Shown piece after piece: positions 51,293 through 64,000 of a stretch of DNA of 64,000 bases (positions are counted from its first letter, which is position 1; the number at the start of each line of letters is the position of its first letter). The stretch spans positions 28,150,001 to 28,214,000 of the forward strand of contig NC_086118.1 of NCBI RefSeq assembly GCF_963921235.1. The letters are read 5' to 3'. A model generated the notes under the pieces. That model had not been told where the DNA came from. It worked only from the letters and a program-made list of their open reading frames with translations, and ran no database searches. Position numbers and translations under genes: made by a program. Origin of the DNA: Mobula hypostoma (Eukaryota).

Positions 51293-52082
51293 AACCTCCT
51301 CTGTCCTTAACAGAAGGATCTTTAAATTGTGATAGAAAGAACAGTGAATGAAAGTAACAATTCCAATGTGCCAATGATTTTTTTTTTGTTTTACTTATTC
51401 AGTCATGGAATATGGATGTTGCTGGCAACGTGTCTATTCCAAATTGCCTGTGAACTGTGAACCAGTCCATACTGTGGGCTTTAAAGTTACACGAACAAAA
51501 TAACAAAGCCAGATTTTGTGTTTTTTTACTATCTCAATTGTAACAGGAGTTAAAATAAATCACACAATAAATAACAGCAATCTTTCACACTGCCACAGAA
51601 GTAGATGTCAGAAAAGATGCAGTTTATTCAACTCTCACTACACCCTCTTTAGTGATAATTAGAAATACAATGTTTTAGTCATCCATCCTATTGATTATCC
51701 AAGACATAAAAATTAACTACTATAAATCCTGCTTCTTAATTCAAATTCCAATGTAATGTCATGGTAGCTTGACACTGATTTAGATTTTACTCATGGCTTT
51801 TTCACTTCTTGTATCAAACCTTTCAGGAGCCTGCCCTGCTGTCTGAAACGAATGCATGAAACTTTACCATCATAATTCTATTTTAAATTTGTGTAAAATC
51901 ATGAGTTTATTGTCAAATCTCTAAGGAACACCAATGATGAATATTTCTAATGAAACAAAACCAATTGTATAACAACAAGCATAGGAGCAGTTGAAGGTTT
52001 ATAATAATTTTGAATCTGAAATTGACTTCTGGTATCACACAGAGGTCACCATTCAAATGTATCTCGCTATCTACAAATGTAC

Positions 52083-52592
52083 GTTTCACTTCCCATTCTG
52101 ATATGTCCATCCCTGGCTTCCTCCACTGTCGTAATGAGGCCACACTTAGGTTGGAGGAACAACACCTTATATTCTGTTTGGATAGCCTCCAACCTGATGG
52201 CATGAACATCGATTTCTCAAATGTCCAGTAATGCCTCCAACCCCCTTCCCTTCACCATTTCCCATCACCTTGTCCCTCTCTCATGTTACCTCCTTGCCCG
52301 CCCATCACCTCCTCAGGTACTCCCCCCCACCCCCACCCTCTCTTCCTTCTTCCATGGCCTTGTCTCTTTCATCAATCAACTTCCTAACTCTTTGCTTCAC
52401 CCCTCCCCCTCCAAGTTTCACCTATCGCCTGTCATTTCTCCCTCCCCTCCCCCCTCCTTTCAAATGTACTCCTCAGCTTTTTTTAAAATCCAGTCCTGCC
52501 AAAGGGTTTTGGCCTGAAAAGTCGACTATACTCTTTTCCACAGATGCTGTCTGGCCTGCTGATTTCCTCCAGAATTTTGTGTGTGTTGCTCA
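52083..52592 (+). mobile_element. Penelope-like 3' fragment with decayed hammerhead
   Basis: SHSDMSI..LHC.NEATLRLEEQHLIF.L.SLQPDGMNIDFSN, as in the other PLE copies; terminal repeat follows. Confidence 0.8.
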
Positions 52593-52744
52593 CTACCCAT
52601 CTTTCTCCTTCATTCGTTTTATCTCTCTCCCTCAATCTAACAAAATAGACAATATTTCACTGTAGCAGGAGATCAAACCAAAACCTTGAAATACACATAA
52701 ATTGAATTCACATGAATCTTAATTTATAAGGCAATGGGCAATAT

Positions 52745-52945
52745 TTACAAACAAATCTGCAAATGCTGGAAACCCAAGCAAAGCACACAAAATGCTGGAG
52801 GAGCTCAGCAGGCCAGGCAGCATCTATGGAAAAAGTACAGTCGACATTTTAGGCCCAGTCCTGCTGAAGGGTCTCAGCCCGAAACATCGACTGCACTTTT
52901 TTTCCATAGATGCTGCCTGGCCTGTTGAGTTCCTCCAGCATTTTG
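52745..52945. mobile_element. Palindromic PLE-terminus-derived miniature element
   Basis: Inverted arms caaaatgctggagg...cagtcgac and atcgactg...cctccagcattttg; CTGCTGA...GAAA variant in the centre. Confidence 0.7.
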
Positions 52946-53418
52946 AATGGGCAATATTTTATGTCTTTAGAAAACTACCTTGGTATATATCTGAATTTTG
53001 AAACAAAGTCTCAACTATCTTTCTGAAGTGTGTTGAATCAGAGAAACTTACACAGTGATAGAATAAAAATATATTCAGGAAATAACATCAAATGTGATAT
53101 TTCAATGTGACGCTGAAACCAACCACTAAATGTCACGTCATTATAGTGTTACAATGCAGCACATTTATAATCCGTACTTTTTAACTAACATACACCATCT
53201 TCAATACCTCAACAAAAAATTTCTATATACTTTTGTTAGTGTTTATATATATATGCCTCACCTTTAAAAATAATATTTGTCCTTTAAGTTTATTTTAAAC
53301 TGTAATTTTTAAAAATCTGTTTGAATTTTTAATATTTTTGAAATTAAGTTATTTACTGTTTGCCACACTTTTAAAGTGTTTTCTCAACATCTATTTTTAC
53401 ACAACATTCTCAAGATAA

Positions 53419-53701
53419 GCTCTCAGTGGCCACTTTACTAGTTAAAGGAGAGGAGTTCATCATGGTCTTATACTGCATTTGCTGAGATACCCAAACCAGC
53501 TTGTCTGGTATCAACAATCATTCCATAATCAAAGATCACATTTCTTCCCCATTCCGATGCTTGGTCTGAAAAACATCTGAACCTCTTGACCATGTCTATG
53601 TTTTTTTATCTATTGAGTTGCTGCCTCATGATTGGCTGATTCGATACTTGCTGTAACAAACAGGTGTACAGGTTTACCTAATAAAGTGGCCATTAAGTGT
53701 A
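53419..53701. mobile_element. Tc1/mariner-like non-autonomous element
   Basis: Imperfect TIRs ctcagtggccactttactag and ctaataaagtggccattaag, with TA at the right end. Confidence 0.65.
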
Positions 53702-53879
53702 TACCAGAAACAATTCTTTTCTGAATTTGTGATTGCATGGGGGGTAGTTCCAGAAAGATGGGACCTAACTTGTCTCATTTGTGTTTAATTCTCCACACCT
53801 TCTATAGAAAAATAGTCTTTCATTCACCCTGTGCCTCTTTTAGATGCTCATTTGTAAACCAGAATTCACCTCATGAATA

Positions 53880-55145
53880 GCAGCAGCACTTTCTCAATCT
53901 ATGTCTCTATCTCTGAAGACAATCTGTCGACAGACATCTTTTGTAAACTTACCAATTCCCAAGGTTATCTACACTATAGCTCTTCCCTCCCTGTCTCCTG
54001 TAAAAATGTTATTCCCTTTCTCAATTCCTTCTCAGGTTCCATCTATTCCCAGGATGCAGTTTGCCATTCCAGGACACCAGAGATGTCGTCCTCCTTCAAA
54101 GAACAGAGTTTCCCTTTCTTCACCATTGATGCTGCCCTCAACCTCACCTCCTTCATTTCCTGAAAATTTGTGCTCACCCCATCTTCCCATCGCCTTAACA
54201 GTGATACAGAGCCTCTTGTCCTTCCCTACCACCCCATGAGCCTTCACATCCAACACATCATCCTCCACAACTTCCGCCATCTCCAAAGGCATCCTACCAA
54301 CAAACATATCTTGACCCCACCTCCACCTTGCACCAGGATTATACCCTCTATGATCCCTTCATCCATTCATCCCACCCCACTACTCTCCCTCCTACAATTT
54401 ACTCCTACAAGCAGCCTAAGTGCTACACTGCCCATTCATCTCCTCCCTCACCTCCATTCAGGGCCCCAAACAATCCTTCCAGGTGAGGCAACACTCATTT
54501 CTTAAGGCTGTTTATTGTGTTCATTGTTCCCAATGTGGCCTCCTTTGGTGAAACCATTGTAAATTAGGCGACCGCTTCATCAAACATCTCTGTTCCACTC
54601 ACAAGTGGAACTTTCCAGTGGCCAAACATTTTAATTCTGATTCCCATTCCCTTTCTGACATGTTGATCTATGGCCTCCTCTTCTGTCAAGATGAGGCCAT
54701 CCTCAAGGTGGAGGAACAACACCTTATATTCTGTCTGAGTAGCCTCCAACATGATAGTATTAATATCGATTTCTCCTTCCAGTAAAAAAACTCCTCCCCC
54801 TCCCTTCTTTTATTTCCCACTCTAGCCTCTTACCTCTTCTCACCTGCTGATTACCTCCTACTAGAATCCCTCTTCCTTCCTTTTCTCCTATGGTCCACTC
54901 TCCTCTCCTATCAGATCCTTCCTCTCCAGCCCTTTATCTTTCCTACCCACCTAGCTTCCCCTTATACTTTCCAGCTATCCTCTTTCACCTCTCCTCACCT
55001 TCTTATTCTGGTGTCTTCCCCCATCCTCTCCAGTCCAGAAGGAGGATGTTGGCCCTAAATATTGACTCTTTGTTCATTTCCATAAATGCTGCCTGACCTG
55101 CTGAGTTCCTTTGGATTTCCAGCATCTGCAAACTTTCTTCTGTTT
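53880..55145 (+). mobile_element. Older Penelope-like fragment (RT end, GIY-YIG, terminus)
   Basis: LSTDIFCK.TNSQGYL.YSSS.P..CKN, VLPYHP.SLHIQHIILHNFRHLQ and EEQHLIF. Confidence 0.8.
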
Positions 55146-56631
55146 ATGTTCTTATGATGGTCCTTTTGAGTATAGAAATTTTACTACTAATACTGAAATG
55201 TAGATTACAGGTGTTTAACTAAGTACTCCACATTGCTTTTACCATCATGAATCGTGCGGTGACCCTTAACATGACACTCGTGCTGGGGGATTTTTCAAAA
55301 AGCCCATCTTTCGTAACCTAAATGTCATGGTTCTTTCTCTTACACACCATGGCTTTTCATGACTGTCATTATTACCAGAAAAAAAGATAGACAACCAGCC
55401 ATCAATAGTCTGTACAAGGATGGGGTTTTTGACTGAGTAACGAATAATAAAAGATATTTGAAGAAGCTGTCCAAATGAAGTTGTGTTTATTCTCTGCTAA
55501 ACTGTTGATAAACTTCAGTACTTGTGATACCATCATTTGTGAAAATACTCTAATTCCATTCTGCGCACTTCGTAAATGTATTACGTTACTCTATCGCCAG
55601 CCTTTAGTAGTTAACATAATCCCCTTTTCCATTCAGCCTAATTTATTTTGGCTTTTATCTTGATTTGTAAAAGAGGTAACATAGATTATCATTTATGTTC
55701 TTCATGAAGATTGAACCATTCTGTTGTTTATATACTATCTTTAAATACTTTTATTTTCTTCTTCTTAATTTTTTTCTGCACTAAAACATGATCACCAGAC
55801 ATTTAATTCAACGGGATAAATTATATGCCACATGTGGCATAAGGACTGTATTACTCAATGTTTTCTTTAGTTTTCTGTCACTGCTGCGGCTGAACTGTGG
55901 ACTTGAAAATGTTGTGGTTTGCAGATTTTATACAGTACCTGAGCCACACTCACATTTCTGCTCCAACTGCATAGCAAGCAGTTATATTATTTGCTGCACA
56001 ATTGTCGTTCAGATGAACCACATTGGTCAACAATTCAAAGGGTTATACCCAAGAAGTATACTTGAAGAGCAAAATTAAATAGACCGTGATAGAAGCATTT
56101 TTTCCATTAAAAAATCCAAATTTTTTACGTAAGATTTCTCCACTTGATTTGGACAAAGGCCTTGCTTTTGAGAGGCTAGACTTAGTTTAAGGTATTTTTG
56201 GAGCAGATACATACGTAGTCAAGGGTCCTCAATGGATTTGGGATGACCGATCTAGACCCAGGCGGAAAACTTTGTATCTCACCAAGCAGGGCATCCTGAT
56301 TATTATAGAGACAGAAACCTTAGCAATAGGGCAGCTAATTGCAATACACCACTGAATAGGATAGGAAACACACAACAAAAGAGCATAGGTACAGGCCCCT
56401 CAACCCAAAATGTCTATGCTGACTTGCTGCTACTTAAAAATGCACCTTTGTCTGCATGTGCAGCGTATCTCTCAATTCCCTTCCCATTCATGTGCCTGTC
56501 TAAAATAATTTTTAGATGTTGCTGCAGATCTACTTCCAACATTTCCCCTGGAAGCATGTTCCAGGGATTTTCCACTTTTGCGTAAAAAATTTGTCATATA
56601 AATCTCCTTTAAAAAGTCTCCTTCTCACCTT

Positions 56632-58412
56632 AGTGTAAAAGAGAGGCTAGGGAGGATAATGGACCATTGGAAAATGATGCTAAGAGGTAGTAAGTGGGGG
56701 GGGGGAGGGGTGAAACATTGAAATAGCAGATGAATCGAATAAGTATTTTGCATCAGTCTTTACTGTGGCAGACACACATAATATGGTGGAAGTTCCAAGG
56801 TGTTAGAGGGCATGAAGTGTGTGAAGTTCCCATTAGTAGACAGAAGGTTTTTGGGAAACTGAAAGGTCTGAAGGTAGATAAGTCACCTAAACCAGATGGT
56901 GTACACCCCAGAGTTTTGAAAGATGTGGCTGAAGAGATTGTGGAGGCATTAGTAATGGTCTTTCAAGAATCACTAGATTCTGGAATGGTTCCAGAAGACT
57001 GGAAAATTGAAAATGTCACTCCTCTCTTCAAGAAGGAAGGGAGGTAGAAGAAAGGAAACAATGGGCCAGTTAGTCTTGACCTCAGTATTTGGGAAGACAT
57101 TGAAGTTGATCATTAAGGATAAAGTCTCAGGGTACTGTGAGGCACATGATAAAATAGGCCATAGTCAACATGGTTTCCTCATTGGAAAATCATCCCTGAC
57201 TAATCTGTCGAAATTCTTTGAAGTAGTAGCAAACAGGATAGACAAAAGAGAATCAGTTAATGTGATTTTCAGAAGGCCTTTGACAAAGTGTCTCACATGA
57301 GGCTGCTGCACAGGCTGTGAGTCTGTGGTATTATAGGAAAGATTCTGGCATGATTTAAGCAGGGCTGATTGGCGGGAAGTAAAGAGTGGGAATAAAGGGA
57401 GCCTTTTCTAGTTGGCTACCAGTAGCTAGTGGTGTTCCACAGGGTATGTGTTGGGTCTGTTTCTTTTTATGTTATGTGTCAATGATTTGGATGATATGAT
57501 TGCTGGCTTTCCTGCAAAGTTTGCAGATGATATGATAACAGCTGGAGGGGCAGGTAGTTTTGAAGAAGTAGAGAGGCTACAGAAGGATTTAAGCAGATTA
57601 GGAGAATGGGCAAATAAATGGCAGATGGAATACAGTGTCTGGAAGTGTTTGGTCATGCACTTTGGTAGAAGGAGTAAATGGAGAGAAATCTCAAAAATCA
57701 TAGGCACAAAGGGACTTGGGAGTCACAGTGCAGGATGTCCTAAAGGTTAACTTGCAAGTTGAAACTGTGGTGAGGAAGGCAAATGCAATGCTAGCATTCT
57801 TTTCAAGAGGGCTGGAATATAAAAGCAAGGATGTAATGTTGAGACTGGTAAGGCCTCACAGAGTATTGTGAGCAGGTTCAGTCCCCTTATCTTAGAAAGG
57901 ATGTGCTGAAACTGGAGATGATTCCGAGGGTTCAAAGGAGGTTCTCGAAAATGATTCCAGGAATGAATGGCTTGTCATATGAAGTGCATCTGATGGCTCT
58001 AGCCCTGTATTCACTAGAACTCAGAAGAATGAGGGGTGACCTCATTGAAACCTATTGAATGGTGAAAGGCTTTGATAGGGTGGATTTGGAGAGGATGTTT
58101 CCTATGGTGGGAGGGTCTAAGACCAGAGGACACAGCCTCTGACTAGAGGGACATCCTTTTCTCTACAGAGATAAGGAGGAATTTCTTTAGCCAGAGGGTG
58201 GTGAATCTGTGGAATTCTTGCATGTAAGCAGCTGTGGAGGCCAACTTTTTATGTATCTTTAAGGCAAACATTGATAGATTCTTGATTGGTCAGGACGTGA
58301 AGGGATGTAGGGTGAAGCAGGAGATTGAGGCTGAGGAAAATTTCACGATGAAATGGCAGAACAGTCACAACGGGCCAAATGGCATAATTCCTCTCTTATA
58401 TTTTATGGTCTT
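56632..58412 (+). mobile_element. CR1 LINE RT-to-3' fragment
   Basis: LKVDKSPKPDGVHPRVLK, QHGFL, KFADD and WANKWQM. Confidence 0.85.
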
Positions 58413-59922
58413 AATGCGATTCCCTCTAATATTTGATAATTCCACCTGATTAAAAAAATGACTCTGGATACTTCAGTTGGATCACTCCTCAGCTTCTTAT
58501 ACTCAAGAAAAAACAATCCAAGTTTGTGCAACCTCTCGCCTAAGGCTGATACTCTCAAATCCAGGCAATATCTTGATGAACCTCTTCTGCAAAGCTTCCG
58601 CATCCTTCATGTAATACAGTGCCCAGACCTGCACACAATACTTCTAAATTTGGCCTAACTATGGATATACATAGCTGTAATGTGATTTCCTAACTGTTGT
58701 ATTCAATACCTCACCAATAAAGGTAAGTATTTTGTGTGCATTCTTTACCACCCTATGCACTTGTGTTTCCCCCATGTTCTTATGTTTCCCCTGACGGGAA
58801 CTATGGACACACACGCCCAGGTCCTTCTGTACATTAGTGCTCCTAAAGGTCCTACCATTTACAGTAAACTTTCCTCTAAAAATTTGATTTTTGGACAAAA
58901 TTTTATTACATGGATTAAATTGCTATATTCATGCCCCATTGCTTCTGTTTTGACCAATTCTCAGCAATCCCAACCCTTTAACTTTAAAAGTGGCACCTGA
59001 CAAGGGTGCCCTTTAAGTCCCTTACTTTTTGATCTGTCCATAGAGCCATTGGCGATTGCGTTTCGTAGCTGTGCTGAATTGACGGGGATTCGGGGGGGGG
59101 GGTGGCGCAGTTGGTGTTGAGCATAAAGTTTCTCTTTATCCTGATGATCTTTTACTTTTTATGTCAAATCTGACTACCTCTTTACCCCCAATGTTTTCAC
59201 TTCTTAATAAGTTTAGCCAGATTTCCGGATACAGACTTAATTTACATAAGAGCAAACTTTTCCCAATTAACAGAGAAGCACAAATATTAGAATTTCATAA
59301 CCTCCCTTTTAAAATAGTAAATAATCAATTTACTTACCTCGGTATTACAGTAACAAGGAGTTTTAAGCGTCTTTTTTGAGAAAATTTCACTAATCTTTTA
59401 AATCATACAAAACAGAGTTTGGCACAGAGGTCACCCCGTCCATGTCTCTGGTAGGTCGAATTAATGTCATTAAAATGTATATCCTTCCTAAATTTTTATA
59501 CTTATTTCGATCTATACCAATTTTTATTCCTAAAGCTTTTTTTGATTCATTAGATTCTATTATTTTGTCCTATCTGTGGAAGGGTAAATGCTCCAGACTT
59601 AATAAAGTTCACCTTCAAAAACCTAAAAGGGAAGGTGGTATGGCCTTGCCTAATTTTCGCTTATATTACTGGGCAGCCAATATATGTTGTCTTACTTTTT
59701 GGTCTTTCTTTTATACTCAGTCTGACTGCCCAAAATGGGTGGCAATGGAGTTGAACTCTATAAGGATTTCTCCATTTCCATATTTCTTGGATCTGCACTT
59801 CCTTGTCATTTGCCTAAATGAATTATTAATCCTCTCATTAGACATATGCTGAGAATATGGGCTCAGTTCAGAAAATATTATGGTCTTCACGGTTTCTCTC
59901 TCCCTAGTCCTACCATTTACAT

Positions 59923-60671
59923 GGTAAATGGTAGGCATTGAAGTTTGCAGTAGAACAGAGGGATCTGGGAATAATGGTGCATAGTTCCCTGAAGGTAGAA
60001 TCTCATGTGGATAGGGTGGTGAAGAAAGCTTTTGGTATGCTGGCCTTTGTAAGTCAGAGCATTGAGTATAGGAGTTGGGATGTAATGTTGAAATTGTATA
60101 AGGCATTGGTAAGGCCAAGTTTGGAGTATTGTGTACAGTTCTGGTCACCGAATTATAGGAAAGATGTCAACAAAATTGAGAGAATACAGAGGAGATTTAC
60201 TAGAATGTTGCCTGGGTTTCATCTCCTAAATTACAGAGAAAGGTTGAACAAGTTGGATCTTTACTCTTTGGAGCGTAGAAGGTTGATGGGGAGACTTGAT
60301 AGAGGTATTTAAAATTATGAGGGGGATAGATAGAGTTGACGTGGATAGGCTTTTTCCATTGAGAGTGGGGGAGATTCAAACAAGAGGACATGAGTTGAAA
60401 GTTAAAGGACAAAAGATTAGGGGTAACATGAGGGGTATCTTCTTTACTCAGAGAGTGGTAGCTGTGTGGAACAAGCTTCCAACTGAAGTGGTTGAGGCAG
60501 GTTCGATGTTGTTATTTAAAGTTAAATTGGATAGATATATGGGCAGGAAAGGAATGAAGGGTTATGTGCTGAGTGCAGGACGGTGGGACCAGGTGAGAGT
60601 AAGAGTTCGGCACGGACTAGAAGGGCCGAGATGGCCTGTTTCCTTGCTGTAATTGTTATATGGTTATGTGG
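59923..60671 (+). mobile_element. CR1 3' fragment nested in the L1
   Basis: RPSLEYCVQFWSP ORF; tail tggttatgtggtt; TSD ttacat at 59917-59922 and 60672-60677. Confidence 0.85.
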
Positions 60672-60984
60672 TTACATAACCATCTTTTCCAACCTTCTAT
60701 ACAAGACTTAACATGTCATCTCTGGTACAGAAAGGGCATTAGGCGCTTTGAAGATCTTTGCATAGATAATCGCTTTGCAAATTTTGAACAACTGTCTGCA
60801 AAGTTTAACCTACCTAATACTCATTTTTTTTAGACATCTTCAAATTAGGCATTTTATTAACCCTTTAATACCAAACTTTCCTGAGATGACCGAAAAAAAG
60901 GTTGTGGACTTGTTTTTTTTGTATAAGTCCATCGGATTAAGGTTTATTATCTACTATTCGCGATAAGTTAGTGACCTTGAGGCA

Positions 60985-61190
60985 AACAACACGAATTCAG
61001 CAGATGCTGGAAATTCAAGCAACGCACATCAAAGTTGCTGGTGAACGCAGCAGGCCAGGCAGCATCTCTAGGAAGAAGTACAGTCGACGTTTCAGGACTG
61101 ACAAAGGGTCTCGGCCTGAGATGTCGACTGTACTTCTTCCTAGAGATGCTGCCTGGCTTTGCTGCGTTCACCAGCAACTTTGTGTGTTGC
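60985..61190. mobile_element. 206-bp palindromic PLE-terminus-derived element with 11-bp TSD
   Basis: TSD accttgaggca at 60974-60984 and 61191-61201; long inverted arms around a decayed hammerhead centre. Confidence 0.85.
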
Positions 61191-62739
61191 ACCTTGAGGC
61201 ATGCCCCCTCTGATAAAATTAGAACTGCCTGGGGGCATGATTTAAATATTTCTCTGTCCGACGAGGTTTGGGATTCAATTCTTAATTCAGTTAACTCAAC
61301 CTCTTTAGGTGCTCGTCGCTGTCTTTTGCAGTTCAGGTTGTACATAGGGCTCATATGTCTAGAACTAAATTATCACAGTTCTATCCTGATATTAGTCCTT
61401 TTTCTGACAAGTGTAAAGGGGTCAAGGCTTCTCTTATCCGTATGTACTGGGCTTGTCCTAGTTTGGAGGAATTTTGGAGAGAAGTCTTTTTAACTTTATC
61501 CTATATTCTTAATTGTCACATAGAACCTAACTCTTTGATTGTTCTTTTAGGCACCTCAGGTGAAGTTGACATGCATATGAGTCTGACTAAATGTTGAACA
61601 TTCTCTTTTGCCTCTCTTTTGGCTAGACGTTTAGTTCTTAGGTGGAGAGATGTTGCCCCACCCACTCATGCTCAATGGCTTACAGACATTATGTCCTGCT
61701 TAGACCTGAGAAAATTCATTATTCACTTCTTAATTTGGACATAAAGTTCCATAAGGTGTGGGGAACTTTTCTTGAATACTTTCATGATTCCTCTTTAGAT
61801 TAAAGGTTTATCCTCCTTTTTTTTTTGTATTTTATTCCCCTACTTTCAGTTTTTTTTCTGATTCAGTTTTATGGTTTTTTTCATGTGAAATATATTACAG
61901 TTTAGGTCGTAAGCAATATACTTTTTTATATGTACAGCTCTGTGGCGACAAAAGCTCTGTTTAACTTTTCTCTACATCAAAATGGTTGGCTTGGAATTGT
62001 GTAGTGGGAGGGTGGGGAGGATAGTAACTTTATATGATTTTATTTTGGGTGCTTTTTCTTTATTGTTATGAATTGTATATTGACATGCTTGTTTTGCACT
62101 GTATAAATCTCTTCTTTGCTGGTGTTTTTTTTTGTTGTATTATAGAAACTCAAAAAAAGTTAATTAAAAAATACTCCTCTTAGTGTTGACTGCCCAAAGT
62201 GCAACACCTCACAACTATAGATTGAACTCTATCTGCCATTTCTCTGCCCACATTTCCATGTGGTCTAAATCCTCCTTAATACTTTGACAACCTTCCTCAC
62301 TATCCACAATTCTGACAACGTCTGCGTCATCTACAGACTTACTAATCAGCCCAACAATACATTACTCCAGATCATTTATCTACTTATCTCAAACAATGAG
62401 TCCTGCACTGATCCACTGGCTACAGACATCATCTAGTTCTGTATTAGTAAAGAACAAGTACAATCACCATTACAACTATTTACAAACCGCATTCTAACTC
62501 CAGCATGACAGCATGAGGGAAACCAGGCTTCTGCCTATGGACTTTGACCATGCTTCTTGCTGCTTCAGTAAAGCTACTAACATAACTTTAATAAAACCAT
62601 TAGAAGTACAGATATGGACTAACATATAAACATATAAAAACCAGCATATATTTACAAAATAAATAGTATTACAAATAGTTATTTAAATAGCAAACTTAGA
62701 AAACAAGGAGAATTATATCAGAATAAGGCTGTGTACTGA

Positions 62740-63620
62740 GCCTGTTGCTCTACACTCTACTCACACTTGACTGCACAGTCAAACACCCAGGTAACCACAT
62801 TATCAAGTTTTCATTATCAAGTGACATGACAGTGGTGGGAATCACCACCAACAACGATGAGATGGTGTACAAAGAGTAAGTAGAAGAACTCGAGGCCTGG
62901 TGCCAGGAAAATAACCTCTTCCTCAACCTCAGCAAGACAAAATAAATGGTTTTTGACTTTAGGAGAACTCACATCCCTCTTTACATTGGTGGCATAGCAG
63001 TGGAAACTGCAAGCAGTTTCAAATTCCTGGGAGTGCACATCTCACACAAGATCTCATGGTCCCAGAACACATTCTATTTAATCAGGAAAAGTTCACCAGC
63101 ACCTCTATTTTCTGAAGTGGTTGAGGAGAGCTGGACTATGCACATCAATACTCATGCCCTTCTACAACTGCACAGTAGAGAGCATCCAAACATACTGCAT
63201 AACTGCTTGGTATGGAAATTGCACTGTGGCAGACAAGAACGCCCGACAACGGGTAGTCAAGACTGTGCATACATCACCAGCCTACCCACCATCAAGGACA
63301 TATATACAGAAAGGTGTTGAAAAATGGCCAGTAACATCATAAGAGATCCCACCCATCCTGCTCATGGATTGGCCCATTCAGAGAGGAGGCTACCTGCCAT
63401 CCCCACCAGGACCACCAGACTCAAAAGCAGTGACTTTCTCTGAGCAGTAAAGCTGATGATCACCTCCAACACTGATCTACCTACCCACAGCCCTGACACC
63501 ACTATTTTATCATTTCCTGTTAGAGCCTTCTCTGTCTATCACCACTTTATATAGATACAATCAATGTGCAGAGACTGTCTTGTAAATTTACATTTATTGC
63601 GCTATTATTATATTCTTTAT
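62740..63620 (+). mobile_element. Rex1/Babar-like LINE 3' fragment
   Basis: PLLYTLLT.DC, WCQENNL.LNLSKT, SFKFLGVHI and CITAWYGNC. Confidence 0.75.
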
Positions 63621-63664
63621 TAACTGCCTGGAGGGGAAGGGAAGAAACTTTTAAGATGGCATAC

Positions 63665-63955
63665 AAGAGAAGATCTGCAGAAGCTGCAAATCCAAGCAAC
63701 ATACGGAAAATGCTGGAGGAATGCAGTAAAGCCAGGCATCATCTATGGAAAAGGGTATTGTTGACATTTCGGGCCAAGACCTTTCAGCAGGACCAGAGAA
63801 AAGAAAATGAGGAGTAAATTTAAATCTCCTTTTAAATCTACTCCTCATCTCTAGTCCTGCTGAATGGTCTCGGCCTGAAATGATGACAGTACTCTCTTCC
63901 GTAGGTGCTGCCTGGTCTGCTGATTTCCTCCAGCATTTTGTGTGTGTGTGTTGTA
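63665..63955. mobile_element. Palindromic PLE-terminus-derived element with two opposed decayed hammerheads
   Basis: Inverted arms aaaatgctggagga... and ...tcctccagcatttt; CTGCTGA...GAAA on both strands. Confidence 0.65.
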
Positions 63956-64000
63956 AGCATGATGGATGGTTAGTAGAAGGAAGTGAACGTGCTAACATGG

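Larger units (their letters stand above)
58878..62171 (+). mobile_element. 5'-truncated L1-type LINE containing nested CR1 and PLE-derived insertions; itself inside a - strand CR1 remnant
   Basis: [48 protein letters not shown] and Cys motif KCKG...YWACP; A-rich tail 62152-62171. CR1 pieces at about 58450-58877 and 62172-62420. Confidence 0.85.

Noticed and set aside
55860..56050. Possible downstream T-cell enhancer (RUNX-like tgtggttt)
   Set aside because: One short motif in AT-rich DNA is expected by chance; no conservation or chromatin data available.

Overview
Eukaryotic, AT-rich, repeat-dense vertebrate DNA. The repeat families resemble those of cartilaginous fish (ray/shark); that assignment is an inference. 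Most of the window is decayed and often nested retroelements: CR1, RTE, L1, Rex1/Babar-like and Nimb/I-like LINEs, Penelope-like elements (PLEs), three Ty3/Gypsy elements, V-SINEs and MITEs. One complete host gene, which the ORF track does not assemble, lies on the + strand. It is a four-exon, 221-aa CD7-like T/NK-cell Ig-superfamily receptor (39814-39880, 43777-44130, 48816-48958, 50351-50452) with signal peptide, V-set domain, Cys-rich stalk, TM helix and a YEDM tail. Also notable: an orphan signal-peptide exon on the - strand (17697-17818), and many PLE termini carrying minimal hammerhead-ribozyme motifs, some as small palindromic elements. Most short ORFs in the track are TE fragments or noise. 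All family assignments come from motif recognition; no database search was run.
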